Positions 1 to 9,781 of a stretch of 64,000 bases of DNA are shown piece by piece; within the stretch, counting starts at the first letter, position 1; every line of letters begins with the position of its first letter. Origin of the DNA: Candidatus Kerfeldbacteria bacterium (GTDB taxonomy: Bacteria > Patescibacteriota > Patescibacteriia > SBBC01 > CAIJZX01). The stretch lies in contig JACPSJ010000001.1 in assembly GCA_016193315.1 (NCBI GenBank), positions 21,935 through 85,934 on the forward strand, given 5' to 3'. A program made the translations under genes and the position numbers. The notes beneath the pieces were generated by a model. The model was not told the origin of the DNA. It saw only the letters and a list, made by a program, of their open reading frames with translations, and made no database searches.

Positions 1-36
1 GAGGGCGGAGTCCAGGCCTGTAATCGGGCGGCCAAG

Positions 37-240
37 TTACTCCTTGAACACGGCTCTCATTTTGTCACCAACGCCGATTTCGGCTGCCATGACAACGTCC
101 ATAAAGCGTGGATTATCATCGAGGCCGATACGAAAGATGGGGCACGCTACATGTTGCCGCCAGACTACCGACCACAGGCCATCATCACTGGCCTGAACAA
201 ATTCAGACTCGAAGAAATCGATCGGCTCACCGAACTGCAT
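37..240 (-). CDS. small hypothetical protein (67 aa). Could also be a spurious ORF at the window edge
   Basis: ORF track only; no recognisable motifs. Confidence 0.2.
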   Translation of the reverse strand: MQFGEPIDFFESEFVQASDDGLWSVVWRQHVACPIFRIGLDDNPRFMDVVMAAEIGVGDKMRAVFKE

Positions 241-333
241 ACATAGTTCAAGACCCGTTAGGAGCCAAGTCGACGGTTGGGGAGCACAAACCCGGCGCGG
301 TTAACAGACGCTCACGTACCGATCAGGCATGTT

Positions 334-1275
334 TTATAGAGTTGTTATCGGCCGCGACTGCAGAATGTAGAAGTTCCCGCGCTGCCACGCCCATTCGATG
401 TCTTGCGGGCGGCGGTAGTGGTTCTCGATTTTGGCGCAGAGTTTGGATAGAGCCAGAATCTGGATTTTAGAAAGTTTCTGTTTCGTTTTTTTGGCCGGCG
501 GTACCGGCCGCTCGATCGTGCCATGCTGGCCACGGACGATGATTTTCTTTTGTTCACTGACATTAATATCAAGGATTTCCCACCCTTTCTTGTGGATGAC
601 GTACGTATCGGGCGTGATTTTCCCGCCGACGATCGCCTCGCCCAGACCCCACCCAGCTTCGATCACCATTTGATCGTAATCTTTGGTGACCGGATGAACG
701 GTGAAGCAAATGCCCGAGACGTCGGACTGGATCATGGCCTGTACCACCACGGCCACGGATACTTTCGTCCGGTGTAATTTATTTTCAAAGCGGTAGAAGA
801 TGGCGCGTGGTGTGAACAGCGATGCCCAGCATTTCTGAACGGCGGAGAGCAAGTCTTTTTTTGTGACGTTGAGATAGCTTTCCAATTCTCCGGCCCATGA
901 GGCGGCGGCGGCGTCTTCGGCCGTGGCCGAACTGCGGACGGCGACCGTTGGTGCTTGGAGCGCCACGAAAGCCAACCGCGTTTCTTTGGCAATGTCAGTC
1001 GGCATATCAACGCTCATGATCTGCCCACGAATGTCTTCAGAAACCCGCTCAATGGAGTTCACGTCGCGGACGTTGATTTTGTGGAGCTGCGCTTCTATTT
1101 CCACGTCGATGTCCGTCTCATCTAAAAAACTTTCAAAAGCCGTAGTCAGCACGACAAAGCCTGACGGCACCGGAATTCCCGCCCTGGCCATTTCACCGAG
1201 GCTCGCGCCCTTGCCGCCCGCGAGAGCAACGTCGGTCCGCGAGAGCAGCCTGAATGGCTTGGTAAACTTAGTCAT
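334..1275 (-). CDS. ATP-grasp nucleotide-binding protein resembling the N-terminal domain of PEP synthase or pyruvate phosphate dikinase (PPDK_N-like)
   Basis: Gly-rich N-terminus VALAGGKGASLGEMARAGIPVPSGFVV and C-terminal DIEWAWQRGNFYILQSRPIT, both typical of PPDK_N; 4-bp overlap with the upstream gene. Confidence 0.75.
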   Translation of the reverse strand: MTKFTKPFRLLSRTDVALAGGKGASLGEMARAGIPVPSGFVVLTTAFESFLDETDIDVEIEAQLHKINVRDVNSIERVSEDIRGQIMSVDMPTDIAKETRLAFVALQAPTVAVRSSATAEDAAAASWAGELESYLNVTKKDLLSAVQKCWASLFTPRAIFYRFENKLHRTKVSVAVVVQAMIQSDVSGICFTVHPVTKDYDQMVIEAGWGLGEAIVGGKITPDTYVIHKKGWEILDINVSEQKKIIVRGQHGTIERPVPPAKKTKQKLSKIQILALSKLCAKIENHYRRPQDIEWAWQRGNFYILQSRPITTL

Positions 1276-2288
1276 CGTCGCGTCAACAGCTTTACCATAC
1301 CTCGATTGCCGTCGACTTCGACTTGATCACCGTCTTGAAAAACCTGCGTGGCATACTTGGTGCCGACGATACAGACGATCCCAAATTCTCGGGCCACGAT
1401 CGCGGCATGGCACATTGCTCCACCCTCGTCGGTCACAATCGCCGCGGCCCGGCGAGCCGCGGTTACGAAATCCGGAGTCGTCATCGGCGCAACCAAGACA
1501 TCACCCGGCCGAACTTTCCGGAGCTGTGAGTGCTCGAACACGACTTTGACGCGGCCACTCGCTTTTTTCTGTATCACACTTGTCCCGCGGAGAGGGCCCG
1601 ACGAGCCAGCCGCGGCATCAAAGGTGATATTGCGGCGACGGGCAAACGTTTCCAGGCGGAGGTCAGCGAATAATTTCCCGCGATAAAAGATGAAGCCGCG
1701 TTTTCGGCGGTTAATGTCTGGCGGCAGGCGGACTGATTCAACTTCCTGTTTAGTCAGGAGCTGGACTATTGGGGAGAAGCTCGCCGGGAGCTTTTTCTTA
1801 GCCATAGATACGAACGTTTTTTCGCCGACACTCAGCAGCTGATCGTATTGGTGGCGCAATCGTTGTGCCTTTTTAGCCAATGGCGGCGAAATTTGATCAG
1901 GGATAAAGCTGCCGAAAATGTCGGCAAAATCTATCAGTGGCCAGATGCTTAGCAGCAAACTGTAGGCTTTCGAAAAATCTTTGGGATTTGCTCGTTCCGA
2001 TAACTCCAAAAATTGTTGCGCCCGCGTCTCGCATTTCACCAGCATTGAATCGACCGCGTGCCGATGTTTGGAATAGTGCTGCTCGAAATGATCGTAATCT
2101 TGCCGGCGATCGGAAAAGTCGAAGTAGAGTGCCGTCCCGCGGCCGGGCCGGTAGTGAAACAGGGGAGCGAAGAAAATACTGCCACCAAATGCTTTCGGTA
2201 AGATGACGCGTTCCCCGCGATCCCAATTTTGACAGAGCAGGAGGGAGATTGATCGATTTTCGACCTTTCGAAAGTGATGAGGCTTCAC
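1272..2288 (-). CDS. PEP-utilizing enzyme mobile (swivel phosphohistidine) domain protein with a ~240-aa N-terminal domain of unknown function
   Basis: C-terminal TTPDFVTAARRAAAIVTDEGGAMCHAAIVAREFGIVCIVG is the PEP-utilisers His motif; 4-bp overlaps at both ends suggest an operon. Confidence 0.7.
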   Translation of the reverse strand: MKPHHFRKVENRSISLLLCQNWDRGERVILPKAFGGSIFFAPLFHYRPGRGTALYFDFSDRRQDYDHFEQHYSKHRHAVDSMLVKCETRAQQFLELSERANPKDFSKAYSLLLSIWPLIDFADIFGSFIPDQISPPLAKKAQRLRHQYDQLLSVGEKTFVSMAKKKLPASFSPIVQLLTKQEVESVRLPPDINRRKRGFIFYRGKLFADLRLETFARRRNITFDAAAGSSGPLRGTSVIQKKASGRVKVVFEHSQLRKVRPGDVLVAPMTTPDFVTAARRAAAIVTDEGGAMCHAAIVAREFGIVCIVGTKYATQVFQDGDQVEVDGNRGMVKLLTRR

Positions 2289-3778
2289 AATATCTTGACT
2301 ACACCTTTCCCGGCATCAACTTCCACTAGATCTCCATCCTTGAGCACTTTTGTAGCCACTCGGGTGCCGATGACGCACGGCTTCTTCAACTCCCGGGCGA
2401 TGATTGCGGCGTGACAAAGCATACCGCCCTCATCAGTGATGATTGCCTTAGCCCGCTTCATCAGCGGCACGAACTCAGGTGAGGTCATCGAGGTGACGAG
2501 GATTTCACCATTTTGAAAGTACCGTCCTTCGTGAATCGGATTGGTGATCGAACGAACCCGGCCAGTAGCTTTTCCCGAAAAGGCGGTTGAGCCTTGGAGT
2601 AGTTTCGCTTGCGCGATTGCTTCCTCGTGCCAATCTTCTTTGCGCACGCCGCTCAAAACTTGAATTTGCTGGCCCACCTGTTTAATGGTAAAACCCTTCA
2701 CCTTGCGCCCGGCGACGATGCGGCGGATCGAATCGCCGCGAAGTCCAGCTATGATTTCCTCCCGCGACAGCCACCATAAATCATTGGGTTCGATACTGAG
2801 GCGTCGGCTGACCTCGTCGTACAGTGGGGCAGCGTGCTGCCAGTAATCGTGGATAAAGAGTGAATCGAGGTTGCGGTAACCCATCATAACCCGCAGCCAA
2901 TGGATGTGTTGACGGACTCGCGGATAGGTACGGAAGCGGGCGAGGATCTTTCGCACCGTCGTGGCTGCTTGCCGTTCTTGAGTTTGGAGAAGTCGTCGGG
3001 CTCGTGGCACCGATAATCCCCGCGACCGAAGAAATCGTTGTTCATAATCAGCCGGGGTAAACGGCCTATTCGTACGCTCGTTGAAAACGCTATGGCCGAA
3101 GTCGTACCATTGTTGGAAAACTACGTTCTGAATGGCCGCCAGGCGACGCTGGCGCTTGATTCGATGGAGACGATGGATCTGTTGCAGGCGGCGGAGGAAA
3201 GCCATGCGCTCGGCGATGAAAATGGAACGGATGCCGACTTGACATAACTGTCGGTAGACCCGCTCTTGTTCTTCGTCCGTGGCGTCAATCAGAACTTCGC
3301 CAATCTCCTGTCTGACAATCCGTGTCAGCAGGTTCACTAGGTCATAGACGATGTAGTATCCCGCTGAAGCAATCTTGCTAGCTAGATGCAGTACTTCGAA
3401 CTCGCGGCGGAGTTGGTTGGTGGACAACCCCAGGTAAAATTCAGGCCCCTTTCGGAAGATTGCATCGGTCATCCGCCTGAGTTGGCGGTACGAGTCGTGG
3501 AAATACCGATCGAGATATTGGAAATAGCGGTGCTCGCGCCGCAGGCGTTTCCAGATTTTTCCCAAAAAAGCATCTTCGACCTTCCGATCCCAATACAAAT
3601 AGACTTGCCGCTTGTTCGGCCCGTCCATCGATACGTACTTGACCCAATTAGGCAAGTTTCGGTACGGCGCGGCGCGCCAGTTGAGCAACGTCACCTGAAG
3701 CGTCTCCTGCTCATGGAGGACTTCAATGGTCCGAACCATTTTTTCGATGTAGCGCTGGTCGGAAAAGGGACGGTACAT
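2285..3778 (-). CDS. second PEP-utilizing mobile-domain protein with a ~390-aa N-terminal domain of unknown function
   Basis: C-terminal TSPEFVPLMKRAKAIITDEGGMLCHAAIIARELKKPCVIG; paralogous to the 1272..2288 gene. Confidence 0.7.
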   Translation of the reverse strand: MYRPFSDQRYIEKMVRTIEVLHEQETLQVTLLNWRAAPYRNLPNWVKYVSMDGPNKRQVYLYWDRKVEDAFLGKIWKRLRREHRYFQYLDRYFHDSYRQLRRMTDAIFRKGPEFYLGLSTNQLRREFEVLHLASKIASAGYYIVYDLVNLLTRIVRQEIGEVLIDATDEEQERVYRQLCQVGIRSIFIAERMAFLRRLQQIHRLHRIKRQRRLAAIQNVVFQQWYDFGHSVFNERTNRPFTPADYEQRFLRSRGLSVPRARRLLQTQERQAATTVRKILARFRTYPRVRQHIHWLRVMMGYRNLDSLFIHDYWQHAAPLYDEVSRRLSIEPNDLWWLSREEIIAGLRGDSIRRIVAGRKVKGFTIKQVGQQIQVLSGVRKEDWHEEAIAQAKLLQGSTAFSGKATGRVRSITNPIHEGRYFQNGEILVTSMTSPEFVPLMKRAKAIITDEGGMLCHAAIIARELKKPCVIGTRVATKVLKDGDLVEVDAGKGVVKIL

Positions 3779-3855
3779 TGTTCTATCGATTCCCGTGTTT
3801 CTGGATGATCGCCTCAGAGACCCCCCGCCGAGGCTCGGGGTGGAGGACGCGGCAG

Positions 3856-6489
3856 CTACCGGTTTCCATGTTTTTGTATGATCGCTTCCGCGTCCTCCAT
3901 CTTGACCGATAGGATTTGTGACACGCCGTCATTCCCCATGGTGACACCGTACAGAATCTGCGATTTTTCCATCGTCGCCCGGTTGTGGGTGATGACGAGG
4001 AACTGGGTTTTCTTGGCCAAGTGGTCGAGGATGGCAGCGAAGCGCTGCGAGTTGGCTTCGTCGAGGGCGGCGTCGACTTCGTCGAGGACGACGAACGGCG
4101 ATGGATTGTTAGAAATAATGGCGCAGAGCAAGGCGATCGAGGTCAGCGCCCGTTCGCCGCCGGAGAGCATGGTAATCGATTGAAGCTTTTTCCCGGGCGG
4201 AGTGGCCTTAATCTCGATACCGGTAATAACCTTCTGGCCCGGATTTTTGCCCGACGGCGGTTCGGATGGAACCGAAACTTCCTCTCCTTCTTCCATCTCT
4301 GGCTGGATGACTTCTTGGGTGAGCGCCAGTTCAGCTCGGCCGCCGCTGAAGAGCGTGCGGAAGTATTGGTGAAACTCCTGGTTGATTTTTTTAAAGGCGC
4401 TGTCGAAGCGTTGTTTAATGGTTGATTCAAGATGGTCAATGGCCTTTTCGAGCGAGGCAATCGCTTGACGAAGGTCGTCGGCCTGATGGCTGAGAAACTC
4501 CCAGCGTTCGTTCGTGCTCCGGTACTCGTCGGTCACTTGCTGGTCAATGCCGCCGATTAGTTGCAGCTGGTGGGTCAAGCGGCCGATCTCTTCGGCTAGC
4601 CGGCCGACGTCGCCATTCAGTTTCTGGTCGGCCGCCTGGGCGATCAGGTCGACCGCCTCCGGGGACATGGCTTGGCGGATTTCTTTTTTTAGATCGTCAA
4701 TCTGTTGCTCGAGCTTGGCCATCTGCACCCGTAAACCGTTGACCGTCGTGGTGGCGTGGTTGAGATGTTGTTGGCTGTCGCGGAAGGCTTTCTGCAAGGT
4801 GAAGAGCCGATCCTTCTTGCTGGTTTCCAGGGCGTTGAAGTTATTGATTTCCTCTCGAGCCGCGGTCAGCGTTTCGTCGAGGGCGGCGATCCGCTGCTCG
4901 ATTTCCTTGGCCTGCTTGGCGTAGGCGGCGTAGGCTTCCTCGGGGTTGGTTTTAGCCAGTTCCTGGATCGACGACTCCTGATGGAGTTTTTCATGCTCGG
5001 CGCCAAGCCGCTCGCGCTCGTCGAGCAGGCGTTGACGGTGGTCGTGAACCCGCTGGCGTTCCGCCCGCGCCTCAGCCAAGCGCTCCGCCGCCCACTGGCG
5101 TTCGGCCATCAGTTTTAAGGCCGATCGTTGGAGCGTTACCAGACTGCGCGTTTCGTCAGAGCCGGCCGAGTCAAGCTGGTCGAGCAAGGTAGTTAGTTCA
5201 ACCGCCAGCGCGTTCGCTTGCTGGCGAAGGGCCGGGAGATCAACCGTTTCCGCTGCCAGGACTTTCTGCCACTGCCGGAATTTCTGCTGCCATCGTCTGA
5301 GCGCCGATTTCCCGGCCGCCAACGACTGTCGTGTCCCATGTCCTTCGATCTGGCTGAGTTGCTGTTCCAGCGCGGCGAACTGCTGGTCCAAGGCGGCCTT
5401 CGACTTTTCCTCACGCTCGACCGAGGTGCCGATACGCTGGCTCATCTGTTCCGCCACATCAAGCTCTTCTTGAATGCGATCGAGCGCCCGCTTCAATTCT
5501 TGGAGTCGATGTTGATGATAGACAACTTCTCCTCGACCCGCTTCTTTGACCGCCACCTCGAGTCGGCCCTTGACCACCGACTGTTCCTGGAGGAGGGCAT
5601 TCTTCTGATCAAGGACGCGATTGTACTTTTTTTGTAGCTCGGCGAAGACCTCCGAGCCGGTTCGTTCCCGCTCGATCTGTTCCAGTTCATCCTGAATAGT
5701 CGAGAGTTCATGTTCAATCGTTCCCCGCCGGCCATCGTTCGACGAATGTGTCGCTTGTCGTTCTTCGAGCTGGCGGTGGAGGGCTTGCCACTGTAACCCG
5801 TAATACAGCCGCTGCTGCTCATGAAGCTGACGTTCGACTTCTTCCCGCCGCTCGAGGCGGCGAACCTGGCGGGTCAAAGAACGAAGCCGCGGCTCAATCT
5901 CCACCATCAGCGTCTCCCCTTGGGCCAGGTTCTCTTTGGCCTGAGCAAGCTTGTGAACCGCCTGATCTTTCTTCAGCTGAAATTGTCGAACACCGGCGGC
6001 TTCGTCGAACAGGTGCTTTCGTTCTTGGGGACTGGAAATGAGGAATGAGTCAATCATCCCTTGGCCGATGACCGAATACGTTCGTTGGCCGAAATTGGCC
6101 TGAGCCAGAAGCAGCTGCATGTCCTGCAAACGGGTGGCTTGGTGGTTCAAAAGATACTCACCCTCGCCGTCGCGGTAGACGCGGCGGGTCAGCACCACCT
6201 CGCTGTACGGCAGTGGGGCACGTTGGTCTTCGTTGTTCAAGTGGAGCGAGACCTCAGCGACCCCGAGCCGCGCCTTCTTATCCGAACCGGCGAAGATGAC
6301 GTCTTCGCTCTTCTTGCCGCGCAGGGCTTTCAGACTTTGCTCGCCAAGGGCCCAACGAATCGCTTCGGCCACATTCGATTTGCCAGAGCCGTTCGGCCCG
6401 ACGATGGCGGTAATGCCGGGCCGAAAGGTGAGGCTGATGCCGTGGGCGAATGATTTGAATCCTTGGAGATCGAGACGAGAGAGGAACAT
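3856..6489 (-). CDS. smc: chromosome segregation protein SMC, short form (~877 aa)
   Basis: N-terminal LDLQGFKSF...GPNGSGKSN (Walker A), long coiled-coil middle, C-terminal LSGGERALTSIALL...VLDEVDAALD signature plus Walker B. Start taken at MFLSRL (6489); the longest ORF start is at 6510. Confidence 0.9.
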   Translation of the reverse strand: MFLSRLDLQGFKSFAHGISLTFRPGITAIVGPNGSGKSNVAEAIRWALGEQSLKALRGKKSEDVIFAGSDKKARLGVAEVSLHLNNEDQRAPLPYSEVVLTRRVYRDGEGEYLLNHQATRLQDMQLLLAQANFGQRTYSVIGQGMIDSFLISSPQERKHLFDEAAGVRQFQLKKDQAVHKLAQAKENLAQGETLMVEIEPRLRSLTRQVRRLERREEVERQLHEQQRLYYGLQWQALHRQLEERQATHSSNDGRRGTIEHELSTIQDELEQIERERTGSEVFAELQKKYNRVLDQKNALLQEQSVVKGRLEVAVKEAGRGEVVYHQHRLQELKRALDRIQEELDVAEQMSQRIGTSVEREEKSKAALDQQFAALEQQLSQIEGHGTRQSLAAGKSALRRWQQKFRQWQKVLAAETVDLPALRQQANALAVELTTLLDQLDSAGSDETRSLVTLQRSALKLMAERQWAAERLAEARAERQRVHDHRQRLLDERERLGAEHEKLHQESSIQELAKTNPEEAYAAYAKQAKEIEQRIAALDETLTAAREEINNFNALETSKKDRLFTLQKAFRDSQQHLNHATTTVNGLRVQMAKLEQQIDDLKKEIRQAMSPEAVDLIAQAADQKLNGDVGRLAEEIGRLTHQLQLIGGIDQQVTDEYRSTNERWEFLSHQADDLRQAIASLEKAIDHLESTIKQRFDSAFKKINQEFHQYFRTLFSGGRAELALTQEVIQPEMEEGEEVSVPSEPPSGKNPGQKVITGIEIKATPPGKKLQSITMLSGGERALTSIALLCAIISNNPSPFVVLDEVDAALDEANSQRFAAILDHLAKKTQFLVITHNRATMEKSQILYGVTMGNDGVSQILSVKMEDAEAIIQKHGNR

Positions 6490-6574
6490 ACGATAGTCAA
6501 TGCCGGGCAAGGTTGCCTGGCCGCAGTCTCATGGTTGAGTCTTCAAACTGGCACCTTCGACCGACCGGAGAGGC

Positions 6575-7069
6575 CTACAACTTTCCCTGAATGCGGAGGA
6601 TGAACAGCCCGATCATGGCGATGGCGGCCAAGAGCTTAACCAGCGTGCCGCCCATGAAAGCGACAATGGTGTAGTTGCCGCTCTGGTAGGAGTAGACGCG
6701 GTCGCGCCCGCGGAACAGTTCGAGGACGATGGCGCCAACCAGCGGTCCGACGAGGTAGGTGGAAATGGGGCCGAAAATCGAGCCGACTAGGCCGCCGACC
6801 ACCGCCCCAATCACGCCCCAGGCGTCGGCCCGCAACGGTTGAACGCCGCTCCGGCTGAGGGTGTAGTCAAGAACGATGGTGGCGACGGCGATGGCCGAGA
6901 TGAGAACCATAAAATTCTCACTCACCGCCACGTAACCGTGCGTCAGGCCGTAGAGGAAGATGCCAAACCAAATGGTCGGGATTGACGGGGCAAAAGGGAA
7001 AACAATGGCCAACAAACCACCGGCCACCAGGAGAAAGCTCAGAATGACACCAAGATTTGCTAGATTCAT
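6575..7069 (-). CDS. DUF456-like small membrane protein
   Basis: 4 predicted TM helices; Gly-rich VGGLVGSIFGP, typical of the YqgC/DUF456 family. Confidence 0.55.
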   Translation of the reverse strand: MNLANLGVILSFLLVAGGLLAIVFPFAPSIPTIWFGIFLYGLTHGYVAVSENFMVLISAIAVATIVLDYTLSRSGVQPLRADAWGVIGAVVGGLVGSIFGPISTYLVGPLVGAIVLELFRGRDRVYSYQSGNYTIVAFMGGTLVKLLAAIAMIGLFILRIQGKL

Positions 7070-7079
7070 CTTCCTAGTC

Positions 7080-7784
7080 TTATGAATTCCAACCTTTGGC
7101 CGCCAACCCGTTGAAGGCGGCCATCACCTGAGCTTCTTGTTTTGAGGCGCCCTCGCCCGCGGCGATTTGATCGTCATCAATGTACAGGCCGACCAAAAAA
7201 TGCTTGTCATGATCCGGCCCCCATTCTTTCAGCACTTTGTAGGACGGCGTGATGCCGAGAATAGCCTGGCTCATTTCCTGAAACTTGCTCTTGGGATCGA
7301 CGTAGAGCTGTTGTTGCAGGATATCCGGCAGCTTGCTTAAGATCCGGGCCATGATGAACGCCTCGGCCGGCGCCAAGCCGCCGTCGAGAAAGAGGGCACC
7401 AATAATGGCTTCGACCGCGTTGGCGTGAATGTTCTGACGGGCCTTGGAGTTTTTTTCTTTGGCTTCGCCGCGGCTCATCATCAGCCAGTGATCGAGATCG
7501 AGTTCGGCGGCCACCGTGGACAGCGACTTGGCGTTGACCAGACTGGCCCGCCAGTTTGTCAGATCGCCCTCCGGGTTGGGGTAGTGATGGAAGAGGTGCT
7601 GGCTGACGACCAGTTCCAAGACGGCGTCGCCGAGGAATTCCAGCCGCTCGTTGTGCCCGAGCGGAAAATCAGGGTGCTCGTTGAGGTAGGAGCGATGGAC
7701 CAGCGCTTGGCGTAGGAGATCGGGATGTAGAAATTGGTGCTTCAGGATAGTTTGGATTTCGTCGATGTCGGCCATAGCCGTCAT
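7080..7784 (-). CDS. rnc: ribonuclease III
   Basis: RNase III signature [15 protein letters not shown]; dsRBD at the C-terminus. Confidence 0.9.
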   Translation of the reverse strand: MTAMADIDEIQTILKHQFLHPDLLRQALVHRSYLNEHPDFPLGHNERLEFLGDAVLELVVSQHLFHHYPNPEGDLTNWRASLVNAKSLSTVAAELDLDHWLMMSRGEAKEKNSKARQNIHANAVEAIIGALFLDGGLAPAEAFIMARILSKLPDILQQQLYVDPKSKFQEMSQAILGITPSYKVLKEWGPDHDKHFLVGLYIDDDQIAAGEGASKQEAQVMAAFNGLAAKGWNS

Positions 7785-8260
7785 GATTTATGTGGTGGCG
7801 AATGGGCGGAGGTAGCTGCTGGGATTTGATCGCCATACTTCCCCTGGGCGATCAGATCGCGGTAGATCGCGCCGAGCACCCCGTTGACGAACTTACCCGA
7901 CGATTCGCCGCCAAAACCCTTGGCCACCTCGATCGCTTCGTTAATGGCGACTTTCGGCGGCACGTCTGGGCTGTATTTCAGCTCATAAACGCCAATCCGG
8001 AGAATGTTGCGGTCGACAATGGTGATTTGCTCCAGTGGCCATTCTGGTGCGTATTTCGTGATGGTCGCGTCGAGGTCGTTGATGTGGTCGAGGACGCCGC
8101 GAATGACCGACTCCGAAAAACCGTCATCGGCGAAATCCGGGGCGAACTGGTGCAGGTTGTCATGGAGAAGCTTGACCACGTCGATCGGCTGGCGACCATT
8201 AAAGTCCCACTCGTAGAGCGTCTGCATCGCGATGGTCCGCGCCAGGTGGCGGTTGGACAT
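7781..8260 (-). CDS. nusB: transcription antitermination factor NusB
   Basis: [14 protein letters not shown]...[16 protein letters not shown]...FVNGVL matches the NusB family; overlaps rnc by 4 bp. Confidence 0.85.
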   Translation of the reverse strand: MSNRHLARTIAMQTLYEWDFNGRQPIDVVKLLHDNLHQFAPDFADDGFSESVIRGVLDHINDLDATITKYAPEWPLEQITIVDRNILRIGVYELKYSPDVPPKVAINEAIEVAKGFGGESSGKFVNGVLGAIYRDLIAQGKYGDQIPAATSAHSPPHKS

Positions 8261-8263
8261 AGC

Positions 8264-8497
8264 CTAGGCTTCCTTGTGCTCGTGTTTCTCTTTTTGTTTC
8301 TTCTTGGCTGACTCGGCCGCCACCGGCATCTTAACCACCTCCCGGCCCTGGTAGTAGCCGCAATAGGGGCAGACATGGTGCGGTCGGATGCGCCGGTGGC
8401 AATGGGAACAGGCGACCAGTTGGCTGGGTAGGAGGGCGAAATGTGCAGCTCGCTCGCGTTTACTCTGTTTCGTGCGTCGCTTGGCAGGCAGGCCCAT
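8264..8497 (-). CDS. rpmF: 50S ribosomal protein L32
   Basis: MGLPAKRRTKQSKRERAAHFAL...CSHCHRRIRPHHVCPYCGYYQGREVV matches L32 with its zinc ribbon. The longer track ORF (to 9037) has an implausible N-terminal extension. Confidence 0.85.
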   Translation of the reverse strand: MGLPAKRRTKQSKRERAAHFALLPSQLVACSHCHRRIRPHHVCPYCGYYQGREVVKMPVAAESAKKKQKEKHEHKEA

Positions 8498-8647
8498 GGT
8501 GTCGTAGAGTGAGGTGTAGACTGGAAATGGTGTGCTGAAAAGGAGGCAAACCACTACTAGTGTACTAACTTTTCGCCCTTTTGGCAAGCCGTCCCCGACC
8601 TTCCCGCTTAGCGGGGACCGGGGATGACCGGCCGGCAAGGAGGTCCA

Positions 8648-8968
8648 ATGCGCAAGCATACCCCGCCGCCGGCCATGGATGGTCAGCAATTGCTCGCCCT
8701 GGCCAAGCGGATTGCCCGCGCGGCCGAGGTGTTCTACCAACGGTACTGGTACGAACAAAAACTGAAACGTCAGGATCAAGAGCTGCGGTTCGAGGTCCGG
8801 TGGGACGATCTTGTGGCCGCGGCCGAGCGTCTTGATGATGAACCATTCGCGGCGTTGATGGAGCGCCTGGCAGCGGTGGCTGAACAGGACGACGAAACGG
8901 CGGCCAGACTGTTCGCCAGCGCGAAAAGACCGAAAAAGCTCAGACCGCCAGCCGCTCCAAGCACCTAA
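8648..8968 (+). CDS. hypothetical protein (107 aa)
   Basis: AAGGAGG 5 nt upstream of the ATG at 8648; plausible composition; followed by a hairpin and T-run. Confidence 0.45.
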   Translation: MRKHTPPPAMDGQQLLALAKRIARAAEVFYQRYWYEQKLKRQDQELRFEVRWDDLVAAAERLDDEPFAALMERLAAVAEQDDETAARLFASAKRPKKLRPPAAPST

Positions 8969-8971
8969 ACC

Positions 8972-9012
8972 AGCCGAAGGCTGAAGGCTCAGGCTGGGTT
9001 TTCTTTGCGGTG
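8972..9012 (+). terminator. intrinsic terminator candidate
   Basis: ccagccgaaggctgaaggctcaggctgg followed by gttttcttt. Confidence 0.4.
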
Positions 9013-9030
9013 CCGCCGCGTGATTGACCA

Positions 9031-9145
9031 CCCCCACACAAAATCCATCTCACTTTCGGAGAACGGTGGCAGAACTTGGATTTGTGGCCAGTAGAAAACT
9101 TTGGGCCCCTCCTCATGAGAGGAGGGGGAAGTTAAGGAGGCGCCG
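9031..9145 (+). repeat. structured intergenic element, copy A (~115 nt)
   Basis: Aligns with 10022..10134 (cccccacacaaaa...tttcggag...ttgtggccag.agaaa...cctcct/aggagg hairpin...aggcgccg), with compensatory changes in the hairpin loop and stem. Confidence 0.5.
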
Positions 9146-9182
9146 CTGAGTAAGAAAAACCGCCTCGAGTGAGGCGGCGCAG
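9146..9182 (-). terminator. intrinsic terminator of the GNAT gene (minus strand)
   Basis: Reverse complement reads gccgcctcactcgaggcggtttttctt. Confidence 0.5.
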
Positions 9183-9184
9183 AG

Positions 9185-9781
9185 TCATTTCTTGGTGCCG
9201 CGACGAGCAGACACGCGCCGCCGGTATCGTTGCCAGGCGAGGAGCCATTGGCGGCGGAATACCTCGAGGAGGATTTCGTCGTAGAACCGACCGCGGCGGA
9301 AGAACTGTTGTCGACGGCGGCCGATGACCCGATAGCCGCATTTCAAGGAGTAAGCCACGCTCCGGGCGTTAAAGGCGATGACACTGGAAAGAACTTTGCG
9401 GAGACCGAGGGTGTTGAAAGCGTATTCCAGTAGCATCATCTTGGCGTCAGTACCGTAGCCTCGATTCCAGTAGCTCGGCTCGCCGATGAAGGCCCCGGTG
9501 GTGGCAAAGCCGTGACGCCAGTTGATCCGATGGAGCCCGATGATCCCGATCGCCGCACCGTCTTTGGTTTCGATGATCAGGACGATGTCATCAGGATGCT
9601 TGGCTAAACCATCGAACCACTCGATCTCCATCTCCCGAGTCTTCGGGGTGCTCGTCTTGAGGTATTGCCAGACCTGCGGCCGGTTGATCCAGACGGTGAC
9701 GAGCTCAAGGTCGCGTTGCTTGTCGGGCGGACGGAGGTTAACAAATATTCCCTCAAGAAAGACAACTTTTGGCGCGGACAT
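9185..9781 (-). CDS. GNAT family N-acetyltransferase (RimJ/RimL-like)
   Basis: GNAT core motifs ...IGIIGLHRINWRHGFATTGAFIGEPSYWNRGYGTDA...; start at MSAPKVV. Confidence 0.8.
   Translation of the reverse strand: MSAPKVVFLEGIFVNLRPPDKQRDLELVTVWINRPQVWQYLKTSTPKTREMEIEWFDGLAKHPDDIVLIIETKDGAAIGIIGLHRINWRHGFATTGAFIGEPSYWNRGYGTDAKMMLLEYAFNTLGLRKVLSSVIAFNARSVAYSLKCGYRVIGRRRQQFFRRGRFYDEILLEVFRRQWLLAWQRYRRRVSARRGTKK

Noticed and set aside
923-1686. Plus-strand ORFs antisense to the PEP-utilising genes (923..1549, 1348..1686 and others)
   Set aside because: Typical GC-rich antisense ORFs: Arg/Ser/Pro-rich, no motifs, fully contained within well-supported minus-strand genes
8498-9037. The long N-terminal extension of the L32 ORF (track ORF 8264..9037)
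   Set aside because: The sequence upstream of MGLPAKRR is low-complexity with no homology pattern, and L32 is always ~60..80 aa. A well-formed plus-strand gene with an RBS (8648..8968) occupies the same DNA
9031-9145. Interpreting repeat copy A as an SRP RNA, 6S RNA or tmRNA
   Set aside because: None of the diagnostic motifs is present (SRP domain IV GGAAGCAGCCA, tmRNA tag reading frame, RNase P P4); only a generic structured repeat can be claimed
9127-9145. taaggagg in copy A as a ribosome-binding site for a plus-strand gene
   Set aside because: No start codon or ORF follows; the motif is part of the conserved hairpin flank in both copies
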